Position numbers and translations under genes: made by a program. A stretch of 50,906 bases of DNA, filler included, from Catajapyx aquilonaris (Eukaryota), in the NCBI GenBank assembly GCA_000934665.2. It is 2 parts of 2 records of this genome, joined end to end, with 100 filler letters (N's around TTAATTAATTAA, not from the genome) between each part and the next. Parts side by side here need not be neighbours in the genome. Positions count along the whole stretch, not along the records: positions 1 to 25,514 come from JYFJ02005393.1; 1 more part is not named here. One strand, 5' to 3'. Positions 10,989 through 22,588 of the stretch are shown here, in pieces (position 1 is the first letter of the stretch; every line of letters begins with the position of its first letter). The notes under the pieces are model-generated. The model made no database searches, was not told the origin of the DNA, and was given only the letters and a program-made list of their open reading frames with translations.

Positions 10989-11012
10989 TACTATTACTAT
11001 TACTATTACTAC
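10638..11012 (+). mobile_element. tRNA-derived SINE, family B copy 2 (tail type 2 with (ATT)n/(ACTATT)n)
   Basis: Head accgaagc..gtccgactgctaatcgggaggtcctgggatcaaatccc as in 2348 copy; 17-bp TSD aacttagtctgtgttgc at 10620-10636 and 11013-11029. Confidence 0.9.
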
Positions 11013-11512
11013 AACTTAGTCTGTGTTGCCGTCTCATTCAAGATACCAAAGTTTTAATCTTCACTCTTGTCTTTTACATAGTTGCTAGGTGTTTGGGTCA
11101 AAAATGACAAACATGAGGGTTATCACCCTTTTCCACCACCCCTCATTGAAGTGGGATTAAGATAAGGAGGTAGGTCAGGACTGCCAGAAGAGCTGGTTCG
11201 GTTGTAGGGTAGAAGACAGAACTGTACAGTACCGCATGGTAATATTGTGCAGCTCAGCAAGCTTACCTTGCTCATGAATTTTGAGATATGTTAGGTGCAG
11301 CTACAGCAGAGGGGCAGGTGTGCTCAAGACAGTTACCATGGCTCCGAGCATGACATTTTCTCATTTCCCACTGTGGAGGAGTTAATCATACATGTCATAG
11401 CAACCACTTCTTGAGAGCATCTGACCCCTTTGACGTAAAAGTACCTGTAAACTAGCCCACTTGAATCTTTCAGCAAGTGCAAGGTGATGCTAACTCAGGT
11501 CTTCTACTTCAG

Positions 11513-11920
11513 GCATACCACTCGATTGCAAAGTGTGTCGCAGCTCTGACCATGGCCCAGAAGCAGGAAGCCCTGGGCGTTGTTCACCGCTTTTTGCAAG
11601 AGCTGATGAGCCCTGGGAGTGATTCTCAGCACATATTTGCATTGCTGGCCATTGGAGAGATTGGGCGTCACACAGATTTGTCCACTATTAGTGAGCTAAG
11701 GCCTGCCATCCTGGCATCCTTTTCACCTCCTTCTGAAGAGGTGAAAGCAGCTGCATCATATGCCCTTGGTAGTGTGGCAGTTGGGAACTTGCCCAACTTC
11801 CTGCCCTTTGTGCTGGAGGAGATTCAGAGGCAGCCCAGAAGGCAGTACCTTCTGCTTCACTCTCTCAAGGAGATCATCAGCTGCCAGTCAGCTTCACCTG
11901 CTGGCATACAACAGCTGCAA
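11513..11920 (+). CDS. CAND1: CAND1 exon (AYHSIAKCVAAL..QYLLLHSLKEII..QQLQ)
   Basis: ctacttcag acceptor, CAA|gtgagt donor. Confidence 0.95.
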
Positions 11921-12468
11921 GTGAGTTGAACTTCTTACTGGCACAACATGTGGTTTACTTGTTGGTTATTGCCCATTCGCTGGGAAGTATTTCTGTAAAG
12001 AATCGGCTGGCATCAGCAATTTTAGCCATATACTACCAAGTTACAGAAAGTAAGTGCAATAAAATCCTTACAAGACGAACTCAGATAGGGCAAATCCCAT
12101 GTGTGACTAAGTGACAGGTATTTCATTCGTAGGTTGATAAACAAAAAAGTCCGATGATTTTATCTCATAGGATGAAAAAGCGGATGTTCTAGATTTTATT
12201 AGAGTTTGTTGAAATACTGCTGAAGTTTGTAATACAGTGAAAAATAATATCCTAGCATCTTGACCTATGGGCCTAGTGTATTGTGAAAACATGGGTTCCT
12301 TCTGCCATCTATCTTGAATGGTCATCAACTTGTCCACTAAGAAAAAAAGCTTATGAAAGATAGTTGAGGCACAATAATAGTGTTAGCAATAATAGTTCAG
12401 TTGCACTGACTGTGAGTGTGTAGTGGCATCTCCTTTATTTCCTCATTTTAAAAATACCATCCTTTCAG

Positions 12469-12867
12469 GGTTTTGTTGGTGCAATTTGGGAACGGCTGTT
12501 TGAACATTGTGAGTGTGGAGAAGAAGGGACCCGTAATGTTGTGGCTGAGTGTCTGGGCAAGCTGACCCTGATAGACCCACCTACGCTTCTTCCACGACTG
12601 AAGGCTGACCTGGCTTCTCGTTCTGCACTGCGTCGCACTACAGTAGTGACTGCCATGAAGTTCACCATCTCAGATCAGACTCATCCCATTGACCCCCTAT
12701 TGCGAATGTGCATTGGAGACTTCCTCAACACCCTACAAGATCCTGACCTAAATGTTCGGAGGGTTGCACTTGTTGCATTCAACTCAGCTGCACACAACAA
12801 GCCTTCCCTAGTCAGGGACCTGCTTGACTCCATGCTGCCACAGCTTTACGCTGAGACAAGGGTTCGG
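12469..12867 (+). CDS. CAND1: CAND1 exon ([35 protein letters not shown])
   Basis: ctttcag acceptor, CGG|gtgagt donor. Confidence 0.95.
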
Positions 12868-12969
12868 GTGAGTGATGATGGTTCATTACAGACTGAACTA
12901 AGTTTTTCAAGTACAATGCCACATACAGGGTGGACATGAACAAGCATAACAAAATGTGATATTTTACAG

Positions 12970-13213
12970 AAAGAGTTGATCCGTGAAGTGGAGATGGGCC
13001 CATTCAAGCACACAGTAGATGATGGGCTAGACATCAGAAAAGCAGCCTTTGAATGCATGTACACTTTGTTGGACTCGTGCTTGGATCGGTTAGATGTCTT
13101 TGAGTTCCTGACCCATGTGGAGGATGGCCTGAAGGACCATTATGATATTAAGATGCTTACCTACCTCATGGTGGCCAGGCTGGCCCAGCTTTGCCCTGTC
13201 CCTGTTCTGCAGC
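12970..13213 (+). CDS. CAND1: CAND1 exon ([35 protein letters not shown]..)
   Basis: Invariant MGPFKH beta-hairpin motif; ttttacag acceptor, C|gtcagt donor. Confidence 0.96.
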
Positions 13214-13280
13214 GTCAGTCTTAACTTTTGTCCGACCATGCCTATGGAGCTGTGGTGCTGAGTGCTTCTCTTTTTTGCAG

Positions 13281-13427
13281 GACTGGAGCGACTAGTGGAG
13301 CCACTGCGTATAACTTGTACTACAAAGGTCAAGGCCAACTCAGTCAAGCAAGAGTTTGAAAAGCAGGATGAGCTCAAGCGATCTGCCATGAGAGCAGTGG
13401 CTGCCCTCCTGTCTATCCCTGATGCAG
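13281..13427 (+). CDS. CAND1: CAND1 exon ([33 protein letters not shown]..)
   Basis: ttttgcag acceptor, G|gtgggt donor. Confidence 0.95.
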
Positions 13428-13552
13428 GTGGGTGCACCTGCTGGCAGGACAGCATTCATCCCTTCCCTTTCCCATTGCAGTAGAAATGTGCAATTAATAA
13501 TATTATTGTCACGACTGCATCTCGCTGATAATTATACCTTTTGATCTTCCAG

Positions 13553-13680
13553 ACAAGAACCCACAGCTGAATGAGTTTGTGTCACAGATTAAGTCAAGCC
13601 CTGACCTGCAGGCCCTGTTTGAGTCCATCCAAAAGGATTCGGTTCCCTCACAGGAGTCCCTGGCCATGGACCTCAGTTGA
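13553..13680 (+). CDS. CAND1: CAND1 last exon (DKNPQLNEFVSQIKSSPDLQALFESIQKDS..AMDLS*)
   Basis: cttccag acceptor, TGA at 13678-13680; joined exons total 3789 nt, open frame. Confidence 0.93.
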
Positions 13681-14262
13681 GTGGTCATCTCACCTTCAGT
13701 TGTGGCCACTGTCACCTCTTTCCTTCCCAACCCTCTCCCTCTCCCTCCCCCTCCTCCTCCATCCTTCTACTTTTTGAGTTCGCAAGGAGGTGAGCTCATA
13801 GACTGAGTCTGCGAAGCCCAATCCACCCCCTCCATCTAATGCTCCCAGAAGAAGTAAGAAGTTACCGTTTGCCTGACATCCATTTTTCCCATCCCTTTGG
13901 CAGGACCTAGGTAAGGTTTAGATAGCAAGTTTTTTCTCAGGCAACAGTTCAGATTTTGCAGATGTTTGTTTTTATCAATGTGTGAGGGTGCGGGGTTGGC
14001 CACAACTTTGTCGTTCCCCTTTCTCCCACCATAATTGAGTGGTGTTTTCTATTATCAAGAACTATTCGGACATAACATTGGCCTGGTTTTCCAGGAGTGA
14101 GTTCATTGGCGAGTTTTTGAGTTTGACTGGACACTTGTCATGTTTGCCTGTGCAAGGGGCACAGCAAAGAATTTTTGCCAACAGGAGCCCATTTGTACGA
14201 ATGTGCTATGCTTCTTCTCCTTTTCCCTCTCCCTCCTTGATTATTGAAGCATACCACTGGCC

Positions 14263-14268
14263 AATAAA
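14263..14268 (+). promoter_or_regulatory. Candidate CAND1 polyadenylation signal
   Basis: AATAAA followed by GT/T-rich tgtgtttttggg ~580 nt after stop. Confidence 0.45.
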
Positions 14269-15470
14269 TGTGTTTTTGGGCAGATAAATCGCATTTTACA
14301 TTCACCTAAATCCCAATGCTTTGTAGCAGTGAAACTGTGACGCAATACCAATGGTGGTTGTGATGACGTGCAGTGAGTAGGTCTTTTGTTGAAGACTTTG
14401 TGATTGGCTGTCCCATTGATACAACATGTAGCACATTCACTATGACTCTATGAGTCAAGCTTACTTGTGACTTGCAACACCTGCTGCCAACATGGACCTG
14501 TGTGAGATATGTAAGGTGAAATTGAAAAATTCCATATTTTTTTAATAGGTAGGCCCTGGTTGAGTTTTTGATGATCAGTGCTGGAGAAGTATTGATTTGT
14601 AATACATGTTCAATATGCATGTCAATGGAGCATTTATATGCACTTCTGTATCAGAACATACTTTCATTGATCACATACCATTCAAGTGCACTGTGACATA
14701 TTGAGGCAGTGTGTGTTAACCCATTTCTTCCAGCACCTCAGGGCAATTCTGTACTGTGACTTCTTTGCTCCATAGATAACTGGAATGAAAATTCTGAAAA
14801 AGGGTGCTGACCACAATGTTTTCCTCTTTTGGACACTTGCAAATTCCATCAAAAGTGGTCAAGTGCCGCAGGAGGTATGAACTTGTTTGTGTTTTTGGAT
14901 TAAATATTTAATGCAAGGAGTTCCAAGTATTGGGTCCCTTTAGTTATAGGAAATTTATTTCTTTATAGCTTGTTTCGCCCCTATCCAAGTGCCCTATTAT
15001 ATATAGAAACTGCTACATTCAACCACCTGAGGGTCACCAACAAGCTACACAAAAATAAGGCCATGAGATATAAATAATAAGGTAACATGTTCCCGCACGG
15101 CGCTGGTGGAAATATGAAGGGACTGACTTTTCTCCTTGCTTGTATCCGATGTGCTAACCGTATAGGGAGATTCCACTGTATTTTGTCAGCTACATTCACC
15201 TAAACTTGTGTGGCCTTGAAGGGCCCCCCCCCCCGCATTTTTTTGTGTCCTGTTGTTGCCCCTATTTCAACATGTTTTTATACCTCAGTTATAAACATTT
15301 CTTTCAAGAAACTCCTGCTGAAATTTATTGGGGGGGNTTCCTCAAGTACCGCGTTGCATGTCGTGTAATATTTATATTTAAAATTTAATATTGAGAGTTT
15401 GTCGTCTCTGATGGACAGGGGTGGGGGGGCCGGATGGGTGGTTTATAGGCTGATTTTTACAAGTTTTAAT

Positions 15471-15557
15471 TTAGTTTATATTTTGGGTTAGCTTGTGGCT
15501 CCCGTCATCGCTGACTACCCCTTATAGGGAAATGTGGTGGTGGTGGTGGTGTTGTTT
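15471..15557 (+). mobile_element. Retroelement 3' end, copy 2, (GGT)n tail
   Basis: Homologous to 1-97 and 32194-32285. Confidence 0.6.
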
Positions 15558-15737
15558 TAAATAGGCATAGACCCTGGAGACGCCCGCCAACAAAGGACTG
15601 GCGAGGCAGGAGAGCCATCTCAATGTAGAGCTGTTGGCTACTCCAGACCACAACACCGTCGTCATGTAGGGGGCGGAGGAGGGCAGCAAAACCAAAGTGA
15701 GCAAATTCTCAACGTCCAAATGGAACACAGTCTACTT

Positions 15738-15974
15738 CAGTGGTTTCCAACCTCTTACCAACTGTGACCCCCCTAAACGTGTTTCCATAAATGTGCGACC
15801 CCACCTCCCTTCCTCCTCTCCCCCAGCCCCTTCTACAACTGCCCCCTTTCCAGAAAACATCACTCTGTACTGTTGCAAAAATGGTTCAATTGACACAAAT
15901 ATATTGCAAGAAGAAAAAAAATGTTTAAGCAAGGCTCACGACCCTGCCCACGACCCCCCCGTTGGAAACCACTG
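15738..15974. mobile_element. hAT (Charlie-like) MITE
   Basis: TIR cagtggtttccaac / gttggaaaccactg, exact 8-bp TSD gtctactt at 15730-15737 and 15975-15982. Confidence 0.85.
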
Positions 15975-15986
15975 GTCTACTTGCCT

Positions 15987-16081
15987 ACTGATCTGGCTAA
16001 GCTGTGTTGTTGACATGGGCGTAGTCCCCAGGCGCTCCAGGGACTATGCCGATGTCTACAACACATCTTAGCCAGATCAGT
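15987..16081. repeat. 95-nt hairpin (42-bp stem, 4 mismatches, 11-nt loop)
   Basis: actgatctggctaagctgtgttgttgacatgggcgtagtccc / gggactatgccgatgtctacaacacatcttagccagatcagt. Confidence 0.85.
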
Positions 16082-16333
16082 CTCCATTTTGTTGCATTCC
16101 CCACCTTCTCTTCCCCCATTTCTGCGAGTACGACGACATCCTCATTATCCACTGGCACCCCAATTATGTGAGAAAAGCCGTGATATATATGAATGAATTA
16201 TAACAAAATCTTTCATCCAAAGCTTAGGTGTAACATGCATACAGATTTGCCCTGGCATTTTTTCCACAGGTAGTTTCATACACCAACCACAGCTTACAGC
16301 CACTGGCAGTTGGCAATGTGTGTGTGAAAACTA

Positions 16334-16630
16334 CAGTAGAACCCCGATTATCCGTCACCCACGGGACTGGGACATCATCGGATAGCCGAAAAGGCAGGAT
16401 AATCCGAAAAAAAGCATGAAAATATGAAATAACATACAATATTATGGTTTTCTCAGAAATAGTGACATATTTTTCTTTTACAAACACACTACTGTATACT
16501 GTATTTCCTATTTAACTAAGGCAAAACAAATGCGTAAAGCATTACAGTATTTTACGAGAAAATATAGGTTTATATTGCCAGAGCGGGACGGTCAAATAAA
16601 CCAATGAGTTGTATAATCAGGGTTCTACTG
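16334..16630. mobile_element. Tc1/mariner (pogo/Tigger-like) MITE
   Basis: TA|cagtagaaccccgattat ... ataatcagggttctactg|TA. Confidence 0.8.
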
Positions 16631-18006
16631 TATTACATCTTCATGCCACAACTTCGGCCAAGATCACATCTGTACAAGGCCAAAACAGTTTTCCATACCT
16701 TACCATACATACACTTATGACATCATTTGTAGTCTCTCTCCACTCACATAACACATTGAAAGTGTGCCTTTCTTGCAGCATCTGTGGCAGGTCACAGGAA
16801 GATCTGGTGCAACATGTCATGCCAAGCTGGCAGCCATTTGAAAACCATACACACTGACCTGTGCATGGAATTGTCCCACTTCCCCATGCCTGAATTTGTC
16901 TTCATTCCTGCAGCACAAGGTCTGTGATGTTCTAAACAGCGTCTTTCTCCTTGCCATTTAATTTTCATTGAATTGTTGCCAGCATTTTACGACAGGGAGA
17001 GACCTATTCTACTGGCCTATTAAGAAGAGGTGCACCTCGTCGTTCATCTGACAACAGGATTAATGCAACATTTTTGCTTAAATTGTATTATGGCCTCTGC
17101 CAAAACCATCAAGTGTTGGGTCACATTCTGATAAAACGGCAAACACATGGGACAAGTGGCGTCCGAGTTATAACAGAAAATCAGAACGCCATCCCATGTA
17201 TTTGTATATCGGTTTGCAGGTTTCTTTTGGTTCTCCTGTAAAATTACGAAAGTGTTGAATTTGCCCTTTTGTCCGATCAATGAGTCTTAACAATTGCAAT
17301 AGGGATGTTTTCTCTTTACACTTGACTGGCTTTATCACCTGCATTGTCATGTGCAGGTGTAACTCTGGTAGGTCAACAGGATTTTCATATACCCATACTA
17401 CACCGTGACCCGCATCCAAACGAAGTGCCCGAAGATAAGGCTAAATGTATGGGGTTCTGTCTAGACCTTAGGGTGGCGCAGTACCAAACAAATACGGTAA
17501 CAATGAAGCTGTTGGTGATGACCTAAACAAACTTGCTTCTGCATGGGCAGCATATGGGGATTGGACATGTGTGCATTTCTGGGGATGTATGGCTGCAAAA
17601 ATGATTCAATCGACACACACATTGCACCAAAAAATAATATATGATCTAGCCGAGTTGCACTAGTTCGTCTTTTTCCCATTTTCGGCCTAGAAGCGACGGG
17701 ACGAGTTGAAGTGAGTGGAAAACGACACTTTCAAAAAGTGCATTTGAATAACATAGCAGCAGAAATCGCGTGAAAATCATACACATTTCTGTGGATGTAT
17801 GTCCGCAGTGTTAATGAAATCATGTCGAGTATGGTATCATTGTAAAGGCCAAACTTTTGCGCAGGTGCCCTAGTTCGTGTTTTTCCAGATTAACACCACG
17901 TTTCACTACAAAAAAATCAAGTTCCCTCAAAAATACGCCTACCGTATTTTTACTACTGTGCCGCCTTAATATTCATGGCTGGTGCTCATATTAAGAAGCA
18001 ATCACG

Positions 18007-18012
18007 TTTATT
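18007..18012 (-). promoter_or_regulatory. Candidate NNT polyadenylation signal
   Basis: AATAAA on minus strand ~400 nt after NNT stop. Confidence 0.35.
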
Positions 18013-18075
18013 ATAAGAGCAATTTTATAGATTCTACGGCTATAGGAACTTTTCGTGTCATTAATTTGAGGTTAA

Positions 18076-18159
18076 CCCCTTCAGCCCCAGGGCTCTTTTC
18101 CCCTATGTTAAGCTATGTTTCCCATCACCTACACATGTAGGAGAGTGGTGCCAAGGGGG
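18076..18159. mobile_element. Minimal 84-bp piggyBac-like MITE
   Basis: TTAA|ccccttcagcccca ... tggtgccaaggggg|TTAA. Confidence 0.55.
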
Positions 18160-18411
18160 TTAATGGGGTTGAGGGTTTTTATAAAATCAAACATGAAAGC
18201 AATGTTCAGGTAGTATATTTATCCATGTCGGATCCCAATTATCTGGAAGTGTATGAGGAGTATGTGCTCAATGAAAATTATGAGCCATGAAGAAGTCACG
18301 TACATTGATTCATGTCTGGTTCCAACACTCAATGTTGTTACTCAGGCAAAAGTGAGAATGTGAAATAGAATTTACATTACAAAATAGATGGTGGAATTCA
18401 AGTCTATTGAA

Positions 18412-19741
18412 TCAGTGACCAAGATCCTTGATCTTTGCTAGAAGGGCATCACATGTCTTCTTTGCATCTCCCAGGAGCATGGAGGTGTTTGGCTTGTAAA
18501 AAATAGGGTTGTCAACTGCAGCATAACCTACGCCCAGTGACCTCTTCATGACCACCACCTGTCCAGCCTTCCACACTCGCAGCACAGGCATCCCAGCAAT
18601 TATGGAATTTGGGTCATCCTCAGCAGCGCTGTTGACAGTATCATTGGCTCCAATCACCAACACAAGGTCAGTGTCAGAGAAGTCGGTGTTAATCTCATCC
18701 ATCTCAAGAACCATGTCATATGGGACACCAGCTTCGGCCAATAAGACGTTGAGCTGACCTGGCATGCGTCCAGCAACAGGGTGTATCCCAAACCGCACCT
18801 TCTTACCCTGTGAGGTCAAGAGGGCAGCCATTTCTGCTATCGGGTACTGTGCTTTGGCTACACACAGGCCGTAACCAGGAGTAATAATGATATTATTGGC
18901 ATTGCTAATCATGGCAGCAGTGCCATCAATGTCGGTTTCCGTGTGGACCCCCGATACTGCCGCTGGTTTGCCACCACCAGTAGAAGTAGTGCCATACCCA
19001 CCAAGTATGACGTTTGGTAGGGAACGGTTCATAGCCTTGCACATGATGTATGACAGAATGGCTCCTGATGATCCGATTAGAGCTCCAACCACAGTCATGA
19101 GGTTGTTGTTCAACATGAATCCTTCAGCACACAGGGCCCAGCCAGAGTAGCTGTTCAGCACTGTGATAACAACAGGCATATCAGCCCCACCAATAGCTGC
19201 TGTGAGTGTAACTCCCATCAAGGAAGATAGCCCAGCTGTTGCACCCAGAGCTGACATACCCATCATGCAGTCAGAGGTACCCACCATGTAGTAACCCATT
19301 GCACCTACATTGGCTGCCAGCAATCCAGCATTCAGCATGTGGCGGCCTGGAAGCAGCAGTGGTGTAGATGACAGCAATCCTTGGAGCTTTCCATATGCGA
19401 CAAGTGATCCGGAGAAAGTGACACCCCCAATGTATGTGCCCAAGAACAGAGCTGTTTTAACCACAGCTGCTGCAGCTGGGTCAGCAGCAAATCCAGCATG
19501 ATCATGTAGATGGGTGGCCATGCAGGTGAGGACAGCAGCCAGACCCACTAAGCTGTGGAATGCAGCCACTAGCTGTGGCAGGTCAGATATCTGAATACGT
19601 CGAGCCACCAGTGCACCCAGAGCACCACCACCTGCAACGCATCCAGCCATCTGGGCCAACACTTCAGGGGATGGAGACATATAGCCTAATGTGGCTGCAA
19701 TACCTCCTGACACACCAATCATTCCAAGAGCATTCCCAAGC
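18412..19741 (-). CDS. NNT: NNT last exon: membrane domain II C-half and NADP(H)-binding domain III
   Basis: [63 protein letters not shown] motifs; ttccag acceptor; TGA. Confidence 0.97.
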
Positions 19742-19859
19742 CTGGAAGTACACAATTACAAAATTAATTATGCAATGAAAGAACTGACAGACAACATCAG
19801 CTTGTAAGACATTCTCATTTGCTACTGAACATAATAACATGCAGATATTTCAAACATAC

Positions 19860-20352
19860 CTGGAGGTGGACTGGGAGCTGAGTCCAGCCAAGGCACCAAT
19901 GCAACACAGTGAGGAGCCCAAGTAGGCCATCTGATGGGCTTCTGGGTAACCGGATGCAGCTGCCCAGCCATAGCTGCCGAGGAAGGCAGCAGCAGGGATT
20001 CCAAACAGGTAGTTGTGCTCTGGAGGGTCACCTGGCCTCCTGAACATGTCCAGCATCCTCTGGGTGACCAGGAAACCTCCAAATATGTTAACAGAAGAAA
20101 CGAAAGCAGCAGTTGCAGCCAGAGACTGGACAGCATTGGTTGGGACGTAGCCACCACCCATGAGGAGGAGACCACCAACAGCTGTGATGCCTGAGATAGC
20201 ATTGGTTACCGACATGAGGGGAGAGTGCAGGGCTGGGGTCACCCCCCACACAGTGTGGTAGCCGACGATGCCTGCTAGTGCAAAGGTGGATGTCATAGTT
20301 GTGAAGGCTGGGTTTGGTGAGTAGGCGCCTAGGCCTACAAGTCCACTGAGAC
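19860..20352 (-). CDS. NNT: NNT exon: membrane domain II N-half
   Basis: [38 protein letters not shown]; ttttctgcag acceptor, AG|gtatgt donor. Confidence 0.96.
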
Positions 20353-20533
20353 CTGCAGAAAAAAAAAGATGACAATAAGCTCGTACGTTATTGTATGAAA
20401 CAAACTACGAGTAGTGTGAAAAGAAACAAGCATCTTTAACTTACAACTGGTGATTTCTTTCTAATTTTTGGAGCCCAAGTTGACAAAATACCAAAATGTT
20501 TTCTTTACGTAGTTCCATGTGTGTGGACTGTAC

Positions 20534-21418
20534 CTGCTGAGTACACGAGTGCATCCTTCATTGCAATGTTGAAGTAGTTTGGAGGCTCCTTTGCCACCAC
20601 TTCTTTCTTTGGAGCTGCAGCTGGCACTGCTGTCTTGGCCGGAGCTGGTGGTGGGGGCCACATCATCTGTCCCTCCTTGAGCACAATACTCCCTCGGACC
20701 ACTTCATCCTCCAAGTCTATCCAAAACCTCTCCTTACCATCTCCCATGCTCAACAAGAATTTTGACACATTGTTGCCATACAATGTTGAGCTCTGGGCAG
20801 GCAATCGACTAGGCAGATCTGTCAGTCCAACATGTATAACATCCTTGTGTGAGTAGACCTCTCCAGGACGTGTTGTCTCAATGTTGCCACCAGCCTCTGC
20901 AGCTAAATCAACAACCACAGACCCTGGTTTCATGCTCTCAACATGTTCTCGTAGGATAAGCCTGGGTGCTTTCTTTCCAGGAATAAGAGCTGTAGTGATC
21001 AGGATGTCAGACTTGGGTGATTCTTTTGCAAATAAGGCCATCTCTGCCTTTAAGAACTCTGGAGACATTTCTTTAGCATATCCACCAACTCCCTCTCCCT
21101 CACCAGGTGGTAAATCCAGCATCAAGAATGTAGCCCCCAGTGATTCCACTTGTTCTTTCACAGCAGGGCGAGTGTCAAATGCACGCACTACAGCTCCCAT
21201 ACAGCGTGCTTGGGCAATGGCAGCCAATCCAGCCACCCCTCCACCAATGACAAGGACAGTGGCTGGAGGTACCTTCCCAGCAGCTGTAATCTGGCCAGAA
21301 AAGAAGCGACCAAAGTGACCAGCTGCCTCAATCACTGCACGGTAGCCAGCAATGTTGGCCATGGAGCTCAGGGCATCAAACACCTGGGCACGAGATATGC
21401 GTGGGATGCAATCCATGG
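20534..21418 (-). CDS. NNT: NNT exon: NAD(H)-binding domain I
   Basis: MDCIPRISRAQVFDALSSMANIAGY, IGGGVAGL Rossmann motif, GGYAKEMS mobile loop; tttctag acceptor, G|gtacag donor. Confidence 0.97.
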
Positions 21419-21740
21419 CTAGAAATCAAGAGGAGATGGCAAGTGAGTACAGTACTATGCACCTTAAATAACTTGTTGCATACATGATGTGAAAACTGCT
21501 ACACTCGGTTTTTTTAAATGTAACAGTAGCTATTTTTGAAATGGTGTGTGAGTTATTTTGATTCTGATTGAATTGCCAAATCTTGTGTATAAATATACAG
21601 GATGATCTAAAATAACATACAAGATGCATATAAATTGGCTGTACAATAATTTTGCCTGAAGCAGACCTACAAAAATTATTGTCTGAATCCAGTAACATGC
21701 TGACTTTTATCTTGATTGACAAACACTTCCCAATACATAC

Positions 21741-21881
21741 CAAAAGCTGTCACGTGCTTCTTTGCAAGCATGTCAGTGAGGGCCTTGTTCTGAGCTGGAT
21801 ACAGAAAGGAAATCAGAGTGGATCCATCACGAAAGAGTCCTGTTTCAGCTTCAGTTGGTTGGCGTACTTTCAGCACAATAT
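21741..21881 (-). CDS. NNT: NNT exon (DIVLKVRQP..TLISFLYPAQN..VTAF)
   Basis: actacag acceptor, G|gtatgt donor, conserved peptide. Confidence 0.93.
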
Positions 21882-21960
21882 CTGTAGTCAGAAATTATGT
21901 TAGCATCATGTGTGACTCTGTGAATGTGTATGAGGGGCAACTAGAAATAGTACAACGTGC

Positions 21961-22366
21961 CTGATTGGAAAATCTTGTCCTTGGGCAGGATGGAAGCACC
22001 AGCCTTTGCATACAATTCATTGGGAAAACTGGCTCCCAGACCGGCACCCTCTTCAACATTGAGCTTGAACCCTTTCTTGACCAGTGTGGCTGCGGCAGCT
22101 GGAGTCAGTGCCACCCTACGTTCCCCTCTCCAGGTCTCCTTTGGGATGCCCACTGTAAGTTGCATGTATGGTTGCCCCCTAGCGCAATCCTTGGCAGTAC
22201 CCTTGGCAGAACCCTTGGGTGCTTTGGAAGGCGGAGGTGGTGGTGGGGTGGCCTCCTTCACTGCCTGCTTCTGAGAGCGGCGAGAACTTTGTTGTATGCC
22301 CCTGGCCCATGCACTCTTGGGCAGGTGCAAGGGGGAGTTCCTGAGGAGCACTGCCACACTTGCCAT
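21961..22366 (-). CDS. NNT: NNT first coding exon: mitochondrial presequence, Pro/Lys-rich spacer, start of domain I (LTVGIPKETWRGERRVALTP)
   Basis: ATG at 22366 preceded by acceptor catttcag (exon starts 22376); ends at GC donor CAG|gcacgt; joined CDS 3255 nt = 1084 aa. Confidence 0.9.
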
Positions 22367-22542
22367 CTTGCTTCACCTGAAATGTCAAAAAACTGGAATA
22401 TGATAATATGCTGATGATTAGTCATTGATGCTGTCATGTCAGTGAGCCTTTCACAGCCACAACTGATCCAATATCAATCATCTAGTTGCTATGGGGGCAA
22501 AATTCTACAGGTATAGTAGGAAACTTGCATGAAGTATCAGCT

Positions 22543-22544
<2 letters not shown>

Positions 22545-22580
<36 letters not shown>
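22545..22580. repeat. (GA)n microsatellite
   Basis: Direct reading. Confidence 0.95.

Positions 22581-22588
<8 letters not shown>

Noticed and set aside
18412..22366. Bacterial pntAB contamination or recent horizontal transfer
   Set aside because: Single-chain dI-dII-dIII order, presequence and spliceosomal introns are the animal NNT pattern.
18548..22414. Plus-strand ORFs over NNT and minus-strand ORFs over CAND1/CNDP2/Rbp1 in the ORF track
   Set aside because: Antisense or off-frame shadows of real exons with no recognisable protein.
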